From NCBI GenBank assembly GCA_964467385.1, contig CAYXQC010000001.1, positions 71,896 to 135,895 on the forward strand: a DNA stretch of 64,000 nt. Reading direction: 5' to 3'. A program made the translations under genes and the position numbers. This document shows positions 1-8,867 of the stretch, piece after piece; position 1 is the stretch's first letter, and the number at the start of each line of letters is the position of its first letter. Source of the stretch: an uncultured Candidatus Saccharibacteria bacterium (GTDB lineage Bacteria; Patescibacteriota; Minisyncoccia; Phycocordibacterales; CAIZLB01). The notes under the pieces were generated by a model. The model searched no databases. It was not told the DNA's origin and worked only from the letters and a program-made list of their open reading frames with translations.

Positions 1-2
1 TT

Positions 3-1757
3 GAACTATTAGACGGCCAAATTAGGGATACTCAAGAACTTATTGCAAAACAAGATGAATTAATTGCCGCTGCAAATAAAGATATAGTCGATAAAACGAT
101 TTTAGCAAAATACAAAGATGCAATAGATACAGGTACTTCACAACTTAATGATCGAAATACAATTGCTGCACTTGCAGACAGAAATGCTTCTGCCAATAAG
201 ATACTCGTTGTTGCAAAACCAAAAATTGAAGCTGCAAAAAACGCACTTACACAACTTGAGACACAGCTTGCAATGCTTGGAAAGGTTTACTCAACAATGG
301 AATCTGATGCTAAAGCTGTGGCAGATCTCGAAGGCTCTTTGCCACCTCTCAAAGCAGAATATTCTGCGCTTAGCTTAAAGATAGAAGACCGAAGAAAAAT
401 AGACACCCTTGCAGCAGGTGTAAAGTCTGCTGAGTCACAGGTTAATGCTGCTAAGGCGAATAGGAGAGCAACAAAGGCTGTGATTGATAAATTGGTTGAG
501 GTGTACAACAAAACGAAAGCCGAATATGACAAAGCCATTTCTGTATATCTGGCTAAATATAACGATAATAGTTCAGTAAGTAGCCTAGTCTCAAAATTGA
601 GTGATATTACCGGAAAAATCTCAGCAATAAATACAAACCTCCCACGCTTGAAATCTCAGTTTGCCACAAAATATAAAGGCGTCACATTGGATACAACGAA
701 AACAAAGCTTGATCAATTCGAACGAAACTACAATGATCAAAAAAATAAAACACAGATAGTTGTTGATCAATATAATAAAGACATTGATACATATAAAAAT
801 ACATTTATACCTGAATACAATGCAGCGCTGAGCCAATTCAATTCGAAATACTCTAACCCGGGCCTCACAGTTGACCAACTCAATACTTTGATAAAAAAGG
901 CAACTGACACCTATAATGCAAATCTTGATAAAAACAAAAAAGTTCAGGAAAAAATTACTGAAATCCAAAAGACAAAAGATCAGTATTCTCAGAACATAGT
1001 AGATCTAACAGCACAAAAATCAGAAATTAAAAATCATAGAGCTTCAATTGTTGCCGATATTGAGAATCATAGAAAAGAAATTGAAAATGCCAAATCAAAC
1101 ATCTGCCCGACAAACGAAACTCAATGTTCTGATGAGGTTGATAATGATAGGGATGGTGCGGTGGATTGTGGAGACTCGGACTGTGTAGAGAGTTCTGCTT
1201 GTGTGATTACGGAAGAGAAGACTACAGAGCCTCCTGTATCAAAAGAATCAGCGATAATTATCGGAGTAGACACTTCTGGTGTCTCAAAATCTACTTCAGT
1301 AAAAGACGCACAGAATACTGCAAATACACTTGACTCTATTGAGACTATTGGAACTGTTAGTACTTACCCAAGTGATAATCAAATAGAGGTTAGCTCAAGT
1401 TTAAGTGAAATAGTTATAAACTTCGACAAAGATATATATTCAGTCAACGAAGGTGAGCTTATTTTTGTACCTGATAATAATACCGGAGCAACGATTCGTG
1501 CTACAACAATTGGAGTGGACCCAAACAATTATTCGGTTATACATGCAGGAAACTTTGATGGAGAATTTGCTCTTAATTCTACATATAGTGTGTATGCACA
1601 ACTAGAACTTGTGGTGGATGATAAAGTGATTGCTTGGAATAAAACTTGGTCGTTTACAGTCGGAACACCTGAAAATGTTTCTTTTGATGATAATGCTACT
1701 GATAATAATAGTGGAAAAAGAAATATATATGGACAAGTGCAAGGAGTATGGAAATAG
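3..1757 (+). CDS. 5'-truncated coiled-coil surface/secreted protein with Cys/Asp-rich motif and C-terminal beta-rich domain
   Basis: Open frame runs from the window start with no stop before 1757 (TAG). Long heptad-like K/E/A/Q-rich stretch, then a DNDRDGAVDCGDSDC motif (calcium-binding-like repeat), then a beta-rich Ig-like tail. Confidence 0.55.
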   Translation, partial: ELLDGQIRDTQELIAKQDELIAAANKDIVDKTILAKYKDAIDTGTSQLNDRNTIAALADRNASANKILVVAKPKIEAAKNALTQLETQLAMLGKVYSTMESDAKAVADLEGSLPPLKAEYSALSLKIEDRRKIDTLAAGVKSAESQVNAAKANRRATKAVIDKLVEVYNKTKAEYDKAISVYLAKYNDNSSVSSLVSKLSDITGKISAINTNLPRLKSQFATKYKGVTLDTTKTKLDQFERNYNDQKNKTQIVVDQYNKDIDTYKNTFIPEYNAALSQFNSKYSNPGLTVDQLNTLIKKATDTYNANLDKNKKVQEKITEIQKTKDQYSQNIVDLTAQKSEIKNHRASIVADIENHRKEIENAKSNICPTNETQCSDEVDNDRDGAVDCGDSDCVESSACVITEEKTTEPPVSKESAIIIGVDTSGVSKSTSVKDAQNTANTLDSIETIGTVSTYPSDNQIEVSSSLSEIVINFDKDIYSVNEGELIFVPDNNTGATIRATTIGVDPNNYSVIHAGNFDGEFALNSTYSVYAQLELVVDDKVIAWNKTWSFTVGTPENVSFDDNATDNNSGKRNIYGQVQGVWK

Positions 1758-1774
1758 TCTATAATACCTAGCAT

Positions 1775-2368
1775 ATGAAAAAATACATTGCAGAATTCAT
1801 GGGGACAGCTGTCCTCGCACTGGCTATCATCGGTTCTTTTGCAGCGGGGTCAGGTTTTGTGACTATGCTAACAGTCGGTATTACACTTGGTCTTGTTGTC
1901 GCCACTGTTGGCTCTATAAGCGGTGCACATATTAACCCTGCAGTTACACTTGGACTTCTTAGTCTTCGAAAGATTCATTGGAAAGAAGCACTCTTTTATA
2001 TTCTTGCACAGTTTGCTGGTGCTGCACTTGCTATGGTTTTGATGCGACTCCAAAGTCTCCCTACTCCAAATCTCGACCATGTATTTTCTTGGACCTCACT
2101 CATTGCTGAATTTATCGGTGCATTTGTATTTACATTTGGTATTGCATCTGTCGTCCTTGCTCACGATGGTCACGAATCTTCAAAACATGCCCCGTTTGTG
2201 ATTGGAGCTTCGCTTACTATCGGTGCTACTATTGCATTCGGTCTTGGTTCAAATGCAGTTCTCAATCCTGCGGTGGCGTTTGGTATAGGTTCACTCGGAC
2301 TTACTTATGTGATCGGACCGATACTTGGTTCTCTTGCGGGTATGTGGCTTTTTAAGGCTCTTAGATAA
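1775..2368 (+). CDS. MIP family channel (aquaporin/glycerol-facilitator-like), compact 197 aa
   Basis: Six predicted TM segments. First motif SGAHINPAVT and second motif LNPAVAFG. Confidence 0.85.
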   Translation: MKKYIAEFMGTAVLALAIIGSFAAGSGFVTMLTVGITLGLVVATVGSISGAHINPAVTLGLLSLRKIHWKEALFYILAQFAGAALAMVLMRLQSLPTPNLDHVFSWTSLIAEFIGAFVFTFGIASVVLAHDGHESSKHAPFVIGASLTIGATIAFGLGSNAVLNPAVAFGIGSLGLTYVIGPILGSLAGMWLFKALR

Positions 2369-2403
2369 TTAGGTCGCGTATTTGTTAGTTATATTTAGCG
2401 CTC

Positions 2404-2434
2404 GGTATAAATTCTAACTTGGTATAAATTCTAA
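2404..2434. repeat. 14-bp direct repeat ggtataaattctaa x2 in promoter region of 2462 gene
   Basis: Two identical copies 17 bp apart, seen directly. Confidence 0.5.
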
Positions 2435-2461
2435 ATCGAAAATTTCTCACATATATAAAAC

Positions 2462-3037
2462 ATGAAAACACTTATCGTAACTGCTCATCCAAGCTCAAAG
2501 GGATTCACTCATCAGATTGCTGAAGCGTATAAAAATGCACAGGAAAAGAGAGGTGTTGAAGTTGAGATTCTTGATCTCTATAAGACTGAACTCAAGCAAG
2601 ATTTTATGCGTTTCGAAGAACCGAGCGATATGGGAAATCCAGATCTGGTAAAAGACGCGATGCGAAAAAAGATCACTGAAGCAAACAATATTGTATTTGT
2701 GCATCCTATGTGGTGGGTGAGTATGCCTTCAATTCTTAAAAATTATATCGATATAAACTTCGGTGCGCGATATGCATATCGGTATATAAACGGTCGGCCA
2801 GTGGGACTTCTGGGCGGACGTACGGCTTCTGTATACATCACATGTGATGGTTCACGGTGGATTTACTATGTTATAGGTATGCCATTTTGGATTATTTGGA
2901 AATTCGGTATTCTTGGGTTTTGTGGTATGAAAGTAAAACGTATTAAGCTTTTCGATCGAAAGCTCTTCCGAACAGATGATGAGAAAAAAGCTTTTCTAGA
3001 TAAAGTAAAAGGTTGGGCAATTAAGGATGTCAAGTAA
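2462..3037 (+). CDS. NAD(P)H-dependent oxidoreductase, flavodoxin-like fold (NAD(P)H dehydrogenase (quinone)/FMN reductase family)
   Basis: N-terminal MKTLIVTAHP...GFTH pattern and a VFVHPMWW motif typical of Flavodoxin_2/MdaB/KefG-like proteins. Confidence 0.65.
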   Translation: MKTLIVTAHPSSKGFTHQIAEAYKNAQEKRGVEVEILDLYKTELKQDFMRFEEPSDMGNPDLVKDAMRKKITEANNIVFVHPMWWVSMPSILKNYIDINFGARYAYRYINGRPVGLLGGRTASVYITCDGSRWIYYVIGMPFWIIWKFGILGFCGMKVKRIKLFDRKLFRTDDEKKAFLDKVKGWAIKDVK

Positions 3038-3611
3038 AATGAAAAGAAAAATTCAAACGATTGGAGCAATAGTTGCACTGTTGCTAATTGCTTTGGTGAT
3101 GCAAATTTTTTTGGAAAAAAAAGAGAGCAGCGAGCAGAAATACGACATAAGTTTTAATACAAAGATAACTTCGAAAAGTGTAGGCGCGGAAACTTTTCAG
3201 ACGGATGGTCTAGAATCCAGATACATCAAATATGGTCTAGGGAAAAGATATGGTTTTGCGCGAGAAGATGATTCGTATTTTATTTTCAAAACAACAGTTG
3301 CTCATAATGAAGAGTTGAGAGAAAAAGGTCTAGGTGGACGAGAAAGTCTAGCAAAAGATGAGGCTATGTTGTTTGTCTTCGACTATGATAACTTGTGGTC
3401 ATTTTGGATGAAAGATATGAAGTTTCCAATTGATATGATTTGGCTCGATGCAGACCAAAAAGTAGTTCATTTTGAATCAAATGTAAGCCCTGATACGTAC
3501 CCACAATCTTTCAGACCCACAAGTCTCGCACGATATGTACTTGAGGTAAAAGCCGGAATGGTTCAGGAAATGCAACTTGAACTCGGGGATCAATTTGTAA
3601 AATATATTTAG
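3027..3611 (+). CDS. DUF192 (COG1430) family protein with N-terminal TM/signal
   Basis: N-terminal hydrophobic helix. C-terminal FPIDMIWLDADQKVV and YVLEVKAGM resemble the DUF192 core. Overlaps the upstream gene by 11 nt, suggesting an operon. Confidence 0.6.
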   Translation: MSSKMKRKIQTIGAIVALLLIALVMQIFLEKKESSEQKYDISFNTKITSKSVGAETFQTDGLESRYIKYGLGKRYGFAREDDSYFIFKTTVAHNEELREKGLGGRESLAKDEAMLFVFDYDNLWSFWMKDMKFPIDMIWLDADQKVVHFESNVSPDTYPQSFRPTSLARYVLEVKAGMVQEMQLELGDQFVKYI

Positions 3612-3879
3612 CTGTACATTGACGGCTTGTGTGAAAATTTCTCAAAATTTACTTTTTTACACTCAGTAAAATTGCACATGATTGGTATAGCGTTTTTGTA
3701 AATTTTAGCTTTCTGTAAAATATAACAGTAAAATAAATAAAAAATAAAAACACCCAGTGTCTCCGAAGAGGTGGGCGCTTATTGCATGAGCGATCCGAGG
3801 TGGATGCGCTGTGGCAGGGCTTCTGGTTGAAGCTTGCTGTTCACAACGCATCCTGAGCACGGATTCGGGCATGAGGGGT

Positions 3880-4719
3880 TTAGGGGCGGCGGGGTTTGAT
3901 GAGCGGGGAGGGTGCTGTCGGTGTCACAGGAAGTGCTGCAGACACTGTTGCTACTGGCGACTTGACGGTTTTGCTGTGGTAATCCCGACGCTTTTCAGCA
4001 GTCGGAAACCAGAGTCCATAGCCGTTGTCATCGCGACCTCCAGGGAAAGGGAGGTGAGCGTAGCAAAACTCTGACATGTCTTGAGCGTTGAGGTCGGTGG
4101 GGGTTAAATACACACCGATCCTTTCATGCACAGAGATAGTCAAGAATTTCACTTTGTCGAATTCCATGTTATCCGGCAGATAGGCTACGAAATACTTGAT
4201 GTCGCGTTTCGGAGAATCTTTGGGATTTACAGGGTATTCGGTGTAGACGCTTTGCAACAGAACCTTCAGCAATGCTGGTTTGCCTGTTTCGGGTTCCGAA
4301 GGGAACTTCTCATGAACTTCAGAGATCGGTTTGCCTGTGAGCTCACCGGAGTCTTTGAATTTCATGATGAAATAGGAGTTGCTCTCGTACTTTTTGAAGG
4401 TGCTTGCGAGCAGGACAGCCTTTTCCTTGTCTGAACTTCTCGAAGCGACCGCTTCGAGAGCGACCCTGACTTCCTCTTGGAAAGAGGCGTCAGTCTCATG
4501 AAGGATGTTCACGAGGGTGTCGTCAGAGGGGTACAGTGTTTCCATCACCTTTGCTCGACGGTCACGTTCGGCATCACGTGCCGCTTCCTTTTCAGCTTCA
4601 CGCTTCTTTTCATGGAAGGTGAGACGCTTTTTGGGAGAATTCCGATCGGCTGCGAAGCCGCTCAGAGTAGTGAGCACAAACGTGGCGAATGCCACGAGGA
4701 GGAACATGGTGTTCTTCAT
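3880..4719 (-). CDS. hypothetical secreted protein on a high-GC islet
   Basis: 279-aa ORF with signal peptide MKNTMFLLVAFATFVLTTLSGFAA, a charged K/E/R-rich segment and a Pro-rich C-terminus. Local GC is about 57% against about 38% background. No recognisable family. Confidence 0.6.
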   Translation of the reverse strand: MKNTMFLLVAFATFVLTTLSGFAADRNSPKKRLTFHEKKREAEKEAARDAERDRRAKVMETLYPSDDTLVNILHETDASFQEEVRVALEAVASRSSDKEKAVLLASTFKKYESNSYFIMKFKDSGELTGKPISEVHEKFPSEPETGKPALLKVLLQSVYTEYPVNPKDSPKRDIKYFVAYLPDNMEFDKVKFLTISVHERIGVYLTPTDLNAQDMSEFCYAHLPFPGGRDDNGYGLWFPTAEKRRDYHSKTVKSPVATVSAALPVTPTAPSPLIKPRRP

Positions 4720-4912
4720 AATGTCATGCTGGGATTGCGGAGTTTGGTTTTTATGCGGGGAGACAGCACGTCGCTGTCTCTGGTCCCGGGACTTTGAAGC
4801 TTGTAAGCCTATGTCTTGCCTGGTGGCAGTACCTTAAGCGGAGGGCTCCTTTTTGTGATCATAGTGTACCATAAGTGTCTGTTTTAGTAAATGCACCTCA
4901 AAAATGCCGCTA

Positions 4913-4950
4913 TAAAAACATACACCACGCCCATGTAGACGTGGTGTATG
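4913..4950 (-). terminator. rho-independent terminator for the Cys-rich protein gene
   Basis: 11-bp perfect stem catacaccacg/cgtggtgtatg with a 10-nt loop, followed by a T-run on the minus strand. Confidence 0.55.
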
Positions 4951-4981
4951 TAGGATGGTTACAAGCTAGGGTTCTGGGAGA

Positions 4982-6970
4982 CTAGATTTCCTTGTAGTCT
5001 GGGCTAATCGTACATCGTGCACTTTTGATCTGGAATGTAACGCCTTGGTAACACATGAGTGAATATGCGCCAGGGCCTACTCGAACACCACTCAAATTAT
5101 TATCTGCAACTGGATTACCATTGATTCGACATCCTTGTTCAGGGTCAGTAATTGTTGAATCAATGTTTGATTTCCATGTAAGGTTACATCCATCACCAAT
5201 TTTTGAGACAATGCTTGGCTGTGCTTTGAATTGATCAATAAGTCCTGTTGATTGATCTGTTTGACATTCAGTACCCTGACACTGTCTAACCTGACATGTT
5301 GGGTTGATGTTATTTCCGTTTTGAATACTTGTACAATTCCAAGAATATATGCCCGTATCATCATCGATCGAAACAGGGGAGTTATCCGTTCCACTAATAC
5401 AGAGATTCGTACTAGGAACTTCTGTCACATATGGTATTTGACTGATAGATCCACATGCTCCAGTTGTTGTGTTCCAACAATATCCAAAGCCGTCAGGTGT
5501 TACATTGTTAGAAGAAAGATATGAGCCATCCTGAGAGCCAGAAACATTTTTACATTGATCAGCTGGTCCACAATCGAGGTCTGTGCAAGGTTCGCATGAT
5601 TGACCATTGCAAGTTCGGATCGCTGAACATTGTACTTCACCTGCGTTACCTCCGTTTGCTACGCTACAGGTCCAGTCATATGAATTTGTATTTGTCGCTA
5701 CTCCGCTTGGAGTACCGTTCTGACATAAGTTACTAGTTGGTTCTGACTCAAATTGTGCACCATTTGAAAGGCCACATTCTGGTGCCATCTCACATTCTCC
5801 AGTTTCATCGTTCGGAACAGTCCCATTTGAACAACAAATACCTTCACCTGAGCGATTGTATCCATCTTCTAGTCCTTGGGTGCCAGCTATGTTTAAACAG
5901 TAATCTTTTGAAGTAACTGTATATGATGAAAGAGCGTCAAGTATGATAGGTGTATTTAGTGGAGTATCTGGTGTTGCGTCTGCTGCTGCCATCCCTGCGA
6001 GATAGGCTTCTTGTGTAGCAACATCTTCCTCTCCACAGGCATCAGACACTGCGGTAGTAGCAGATCCACTTATAGCTACACCTGATTTTATGACTGAAAA
6101 TCCTGTATTTATTTCACAATAATTTCCATCTCCGTCATCAGGGCATTGAGTACCTTCATGATCTCCTGAAGCATGGGTGCCACTTGATCCGCAACTACAT
6201 GTACTATTGTCACATACATCTGCTGGTCTTCGGTTTGATGGTTCGGTGTAGTTATCGTAGCCAGAGTTACAGCAGATTGGATTTGGGTCGATGCAAACAT
6301 CTTGATCGTGTACATAGTGTGGATCTGAACAAAGTGTTGCATCAAAATTTAATCCTTGTGGATCACAGCATGCAGAAATGTATGTACAAATACCACCAGG
6401 TTCTCTTCCTGCGACACTTGGATCTTTATAGTTTGTAGCATTTACATCGGTACAAACTTTTTCCTTTATTGTCGGATCCTCCTCTTCTTCTTGTTCGGGA
6501 TCGGTCCAACCGCAAGACGCAAGGGTATTATCACATCTATATCCTACGTTTGGATTTGTCCCATCAGGGCAACACATTGGTGTACATTGATTGTCATCAC
6601 AGTATTCATCAACATCTGGTTGTTCGCCATTACTACAACAAATAGGATAAGTTGCACTTATGTCACCACTACCTGTATTGTCCCCAGATGTATCACTTGT
6701 ATTATCATATGGATTACTTGGGTCGTATTCTTCTTGTGCAAAAGCGATATTTTCAGTATCTAGATTACCAAAATCAAATCCAGAATTTGAAGCGAATGCC
6801 TTCTCGTTACTTTCTTTAATATCTTCAATCTGTTGTCGTACTAATGTGTTCAAGAAATCTGGATTAGGTGCGGAAAACATAAACCCTGCCAGAATAAAGA
6901 CTGCAGAACATGATGCAAAAAACTTTTTGAATTTACCAACTCCTTGTTTCGAGTAGAGTGTCTTTTTCAT
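4982..6970 (-). CDS. cysteine-rich secreted repeat protein (662 aa)
   Basis: N-terminal signal/TM, Asp/Glu-rich linker, more than 60 Cys, including recurring CCxNG/ICC motifs. Start lies 2 bp from the stop of the upstream TPR gene, so the two are co-transcribed. Confidence 0.7.
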   Translation of the reverse strand: MKKTLYSKQGVGKFKKFFASCSAVFILAGFMFSAPNPDFLNTLVRQQIEDIKESNEKAFASNSGFDFGNLDTENIAFAQEEYDPSNPYDNTSDTSGDNTGSGDISATYPICCSNGEQPDVDEYCDDNQCTPMCCPDGTNPNVGYRCDNTLASCGWTDPEQEEEEDPTIKEKVCTDVNATNYKDPSVAGREPGGICTYISACCDPQGLNFDATLCSDPHYVHDQDVCIDPNPICCNSGYDNYTEPSNRRPADVCDNSTCSCGSSGTHASGDHEGTQCPDDGDGNYCEINTGFSVIKSGVAISGSATTAVSDACGEEDVATQEAYLAGMAAADATPDTPLNTPIILDALSSYTVTSKDYCLNIAGTQGLEDGYNRSGEGICCSNGTVPNDETGECEMAPECGLSNGAQFESEPTSNLCQNGTPSGVATNTNSYDWTCSVANGGNAGEVQCSAIRTCNGQSCEPCTDLDCGPADQCKNVSGSQDGSYLSSNNVTPDGFGYCWNTTTGACGSISQIPYVTEVPSTNLCISGTDNSPVSIDDDTGIYSWNCTSIQNGNNINPTCQVRQCQGTECQTDQSTGLIDQFKAQPSIVSKIGDGCNLTWKSNIDSTITDPEQGCRINGNPVADNNLSGVRVGPGAYSLMCYQGVTFQIKSARCTISPDYKEI

Positions 6971-6971
6971 A

Positions 6972-8108
6972 TTATTTCTTTAGATTATTAGTAGATGTTG
7001 CACCAGTGCTCCCTGAGAGTATGTCAGTCATTTTTACCGATTTAATCGTGACGGATGTGATTTCGCCGCTGTAGAATTTCGCATACTCAGTTTTTTCTAC
7101 AGCACTCAAGACAGTATCGGTCTTAAGGAGTGAGACTATTTTTTTACCAATTTGATTTGCTTCAGCGTATTTATTTTGCAAGAGATCTGCCTTGTAAAGT
7201 AGGGCATATGCATAGATATAGTCTGGTTTGATAAGAACCGCTTTATTTGCTGCATCTATTATTTGAGCGAGTAAATTGCCGCGTTCTGCAGATGGTGCTG
7301 ATCGATAGAGGTTGATAAGTGTTTCACCAAGAAGTACTGCAGTGTGAACATTTCCAGGTCGATAAGTGAGAGATTTTTTATAATTTTCAACGGCAGCCTT
7401 GTAATTAGGTTTAAGGCTATTTGCAGAACCTAGGATAGCGTATGCTTCACCGAGTATAGCGTTGTTTTTACTCACTGCAGCTGCACTGCTCGCTCTTTTT
7501 TCTGCTTCACCTGGGTTGTTTAGAGTTATGTAGTGTCGCGCCATTCCGAGAAGTGCCATTTCATTTGAAGGCTCTCTGTTTAGTGCTTCTTGGTATCGTG
7601 TGATTGCGAGAGTGAGTTCTCCTTTGTGTTCATGCACCATTCCAAGTCCGACGATTGCATTTGTATTCTGACTATTGCTGATTTTGATTGCTTGGTTAAA
7701 TGAGGCTTCTGCACTCGCTATATTGTTTTGATAGAGTCGTGCTACGCCAGCAAGTCGGTATGTCTCGCTTCGATTCGGGTCCATTTTAACTATTTTGTTT
7801 ATGGTTGAAATAGCTTTAGTGAGCGCTGATTTTGCATTTACAGGTTCAGCATCTGCTTTTTGAATATATGAAGCAGCTAAAAGCTCAAGCGAGTTCAAGT
7901 CATCTGGATGAGTTTTTGTCCAATCTTCAAGTTCTGGAATAACCTCGCTATATTTTCCTTGGTCGAATAATACTTGGTACCCTGTATCAAGTTTTAGTGG
8001 TTTAGTTGCATAATACACAGTCGCTACGCTAATCAAGACAACTGCTATAAGTACAGCTACAACTTTTTTTATACCAACTCTTTTTAAAAATAAAATAAAT
8101 GATCTCAT
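6972..8108 (-). CDS. tetratricopeptide-repeat protein with N-terminal membrane anchor
   Basis: N-terminal TM helix followed by multiple 34-residue TPR-like repeats. Confidence 0.75.
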   Translation of the reverse strand: MRSFILFLKRVGIKKVVAVLIAVVLISVATVYYATKPLKLDTGYQVLFDQGKYSEVIPELEDWTKTHPDDLNSLELLAASYIQKADAEPVNAKSALTKAISTINKIVKMDPNRSETYRLAGVARLYQNNIASAEASFNQAIKISNSQNTNAIVGLGMVHEHKGELTLAITRYQEALNREPSNEMALLGMARHYITLNNPGEAEKRASSAAAVSKNNAILGEAYAILGSANSLKPNYKAAVENYKKSLTYRPGNVHTAVLLGETLINLYRSAPSAERGNLLAQIIDAANKAVLIKPDYIYAYALLYKADLLQNKYAEANQIGKKIVSLLKTDTVLSAVEKTEYAKFYSGEITSVTIKSVKMTDILSGSTGATSTNNLKK

Positions 8109-8171
8109 ATGCGCCCAATTATAACACTTTTAATATGTTTGGCGGTACAAAATGATGCGTAGTATGTGTAT

Positions 8172-8198
8172 AGAAAAAGCCCACCTGTTACGGTGGAC
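8172..8198 (-). terminator. putative terminator downstream of rnpB
   Basis: Short GC stem ccacc/ggtgg followed by a T-run on the minus strand. Confidence 0.4.
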
Positions 8199-8210
8199 TT
8201 CTTCATGAAA

Positions 8211-8729
8211 TGTGTTGTGTCTATAAGCCGAATTCTGTATCGTTTTTTTGTTCTGCACATATTCTTGCGAATATCTGCAAGTGAAAACAATCTATACGAC
8301 GACAGTCATTTATCTGGACTGATGATTGCTCATCAGTTCGAGCGGCACTTCGGCGAAAGCTACAATAACTGCAACTGTTGCCGACACGGCCTTGCACTCG
8401 GGTAAGGATTTTGCCGTTTCACTCAGCGTTTATGAATTATACGCTGATTAATCTAAAATATCGCACTACTCACTTTTGCCAAAACTTTCGCTTTGTAAAA
8501 TTGATCAATACTTTGCTTCAGATCCGAGACCATTTTCACAATCTCGCGTCACTGCTCGCACCTCATGATTTGCATCAGACGGGGATTACCCGCTACCTGT
8601 CTCCGGTGCTTGATTCACATCAAGCAAGGGGAGTGTTCGGACTTTCCTCCTCGAATAAAATTGAGCGAAAATTGTCCCGGTCAGGACAAAAAACTCAAAC
8701 TAAATTCGAAGCGACTGTCCAACACAACA
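8211..8729 (-). ncRNA. rnpB: RNase P RNA (bacterial type A-like, with AT-rich expansions)
   Basis: On the minus strand: gaggaggaaagtccgaacactcc (P4 5' strand), cccgagtgcaaggcc (compare CCCGGAGCAAGGCC), agataaatgactgtcgtcg (compare AGAUGAAUGACUGUCCACG), acagaattcggcttat (P4 3' strand, complementary to aagtccgaa). 5' tgttgtgtt pairs with 3' acacaaca (P1). -10 tataat lies 7 nt upstream of the predicted 5' end. Confidence 0.75.
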
Positions 8730-8867
8730 GATACATTATAGCATAGTTTTGTGTTTATTTCAAACAGAGGTATAATTTGTGCATAATGTAGGTCATATTT
8801 CCGCACCTTTTCATTACATTTTAATCAAACTTTTATTAATTCTTTAGGAAATCTTTCAAAATTATAT

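Noticed and set aside
3811-4837. Plus-strand ORFs (3811-4074, 4126-4434, 4477-4797, 4505-4837) inside the high-GC islet
   Set aside because: These are typical GC-rich antisense artefacts (Arg/Cys/His-rich, no signal, overlapping each other). The minus-strand 279-aa ORF has a clean signal peptide and spans the islet.
8105-8746. Three ORFs (8105-8290 minus, 8166-8405 plus, 8378-8746 plus) filling the gap between the TPR gene and the O-antigen-ligase-like gene
   Set aside because: They overlap the RNase P RNA candidate on both strands. They have no start context and an odd composition. The RNA interpretation explains the conserved blocks and the promoter and terminator placement.
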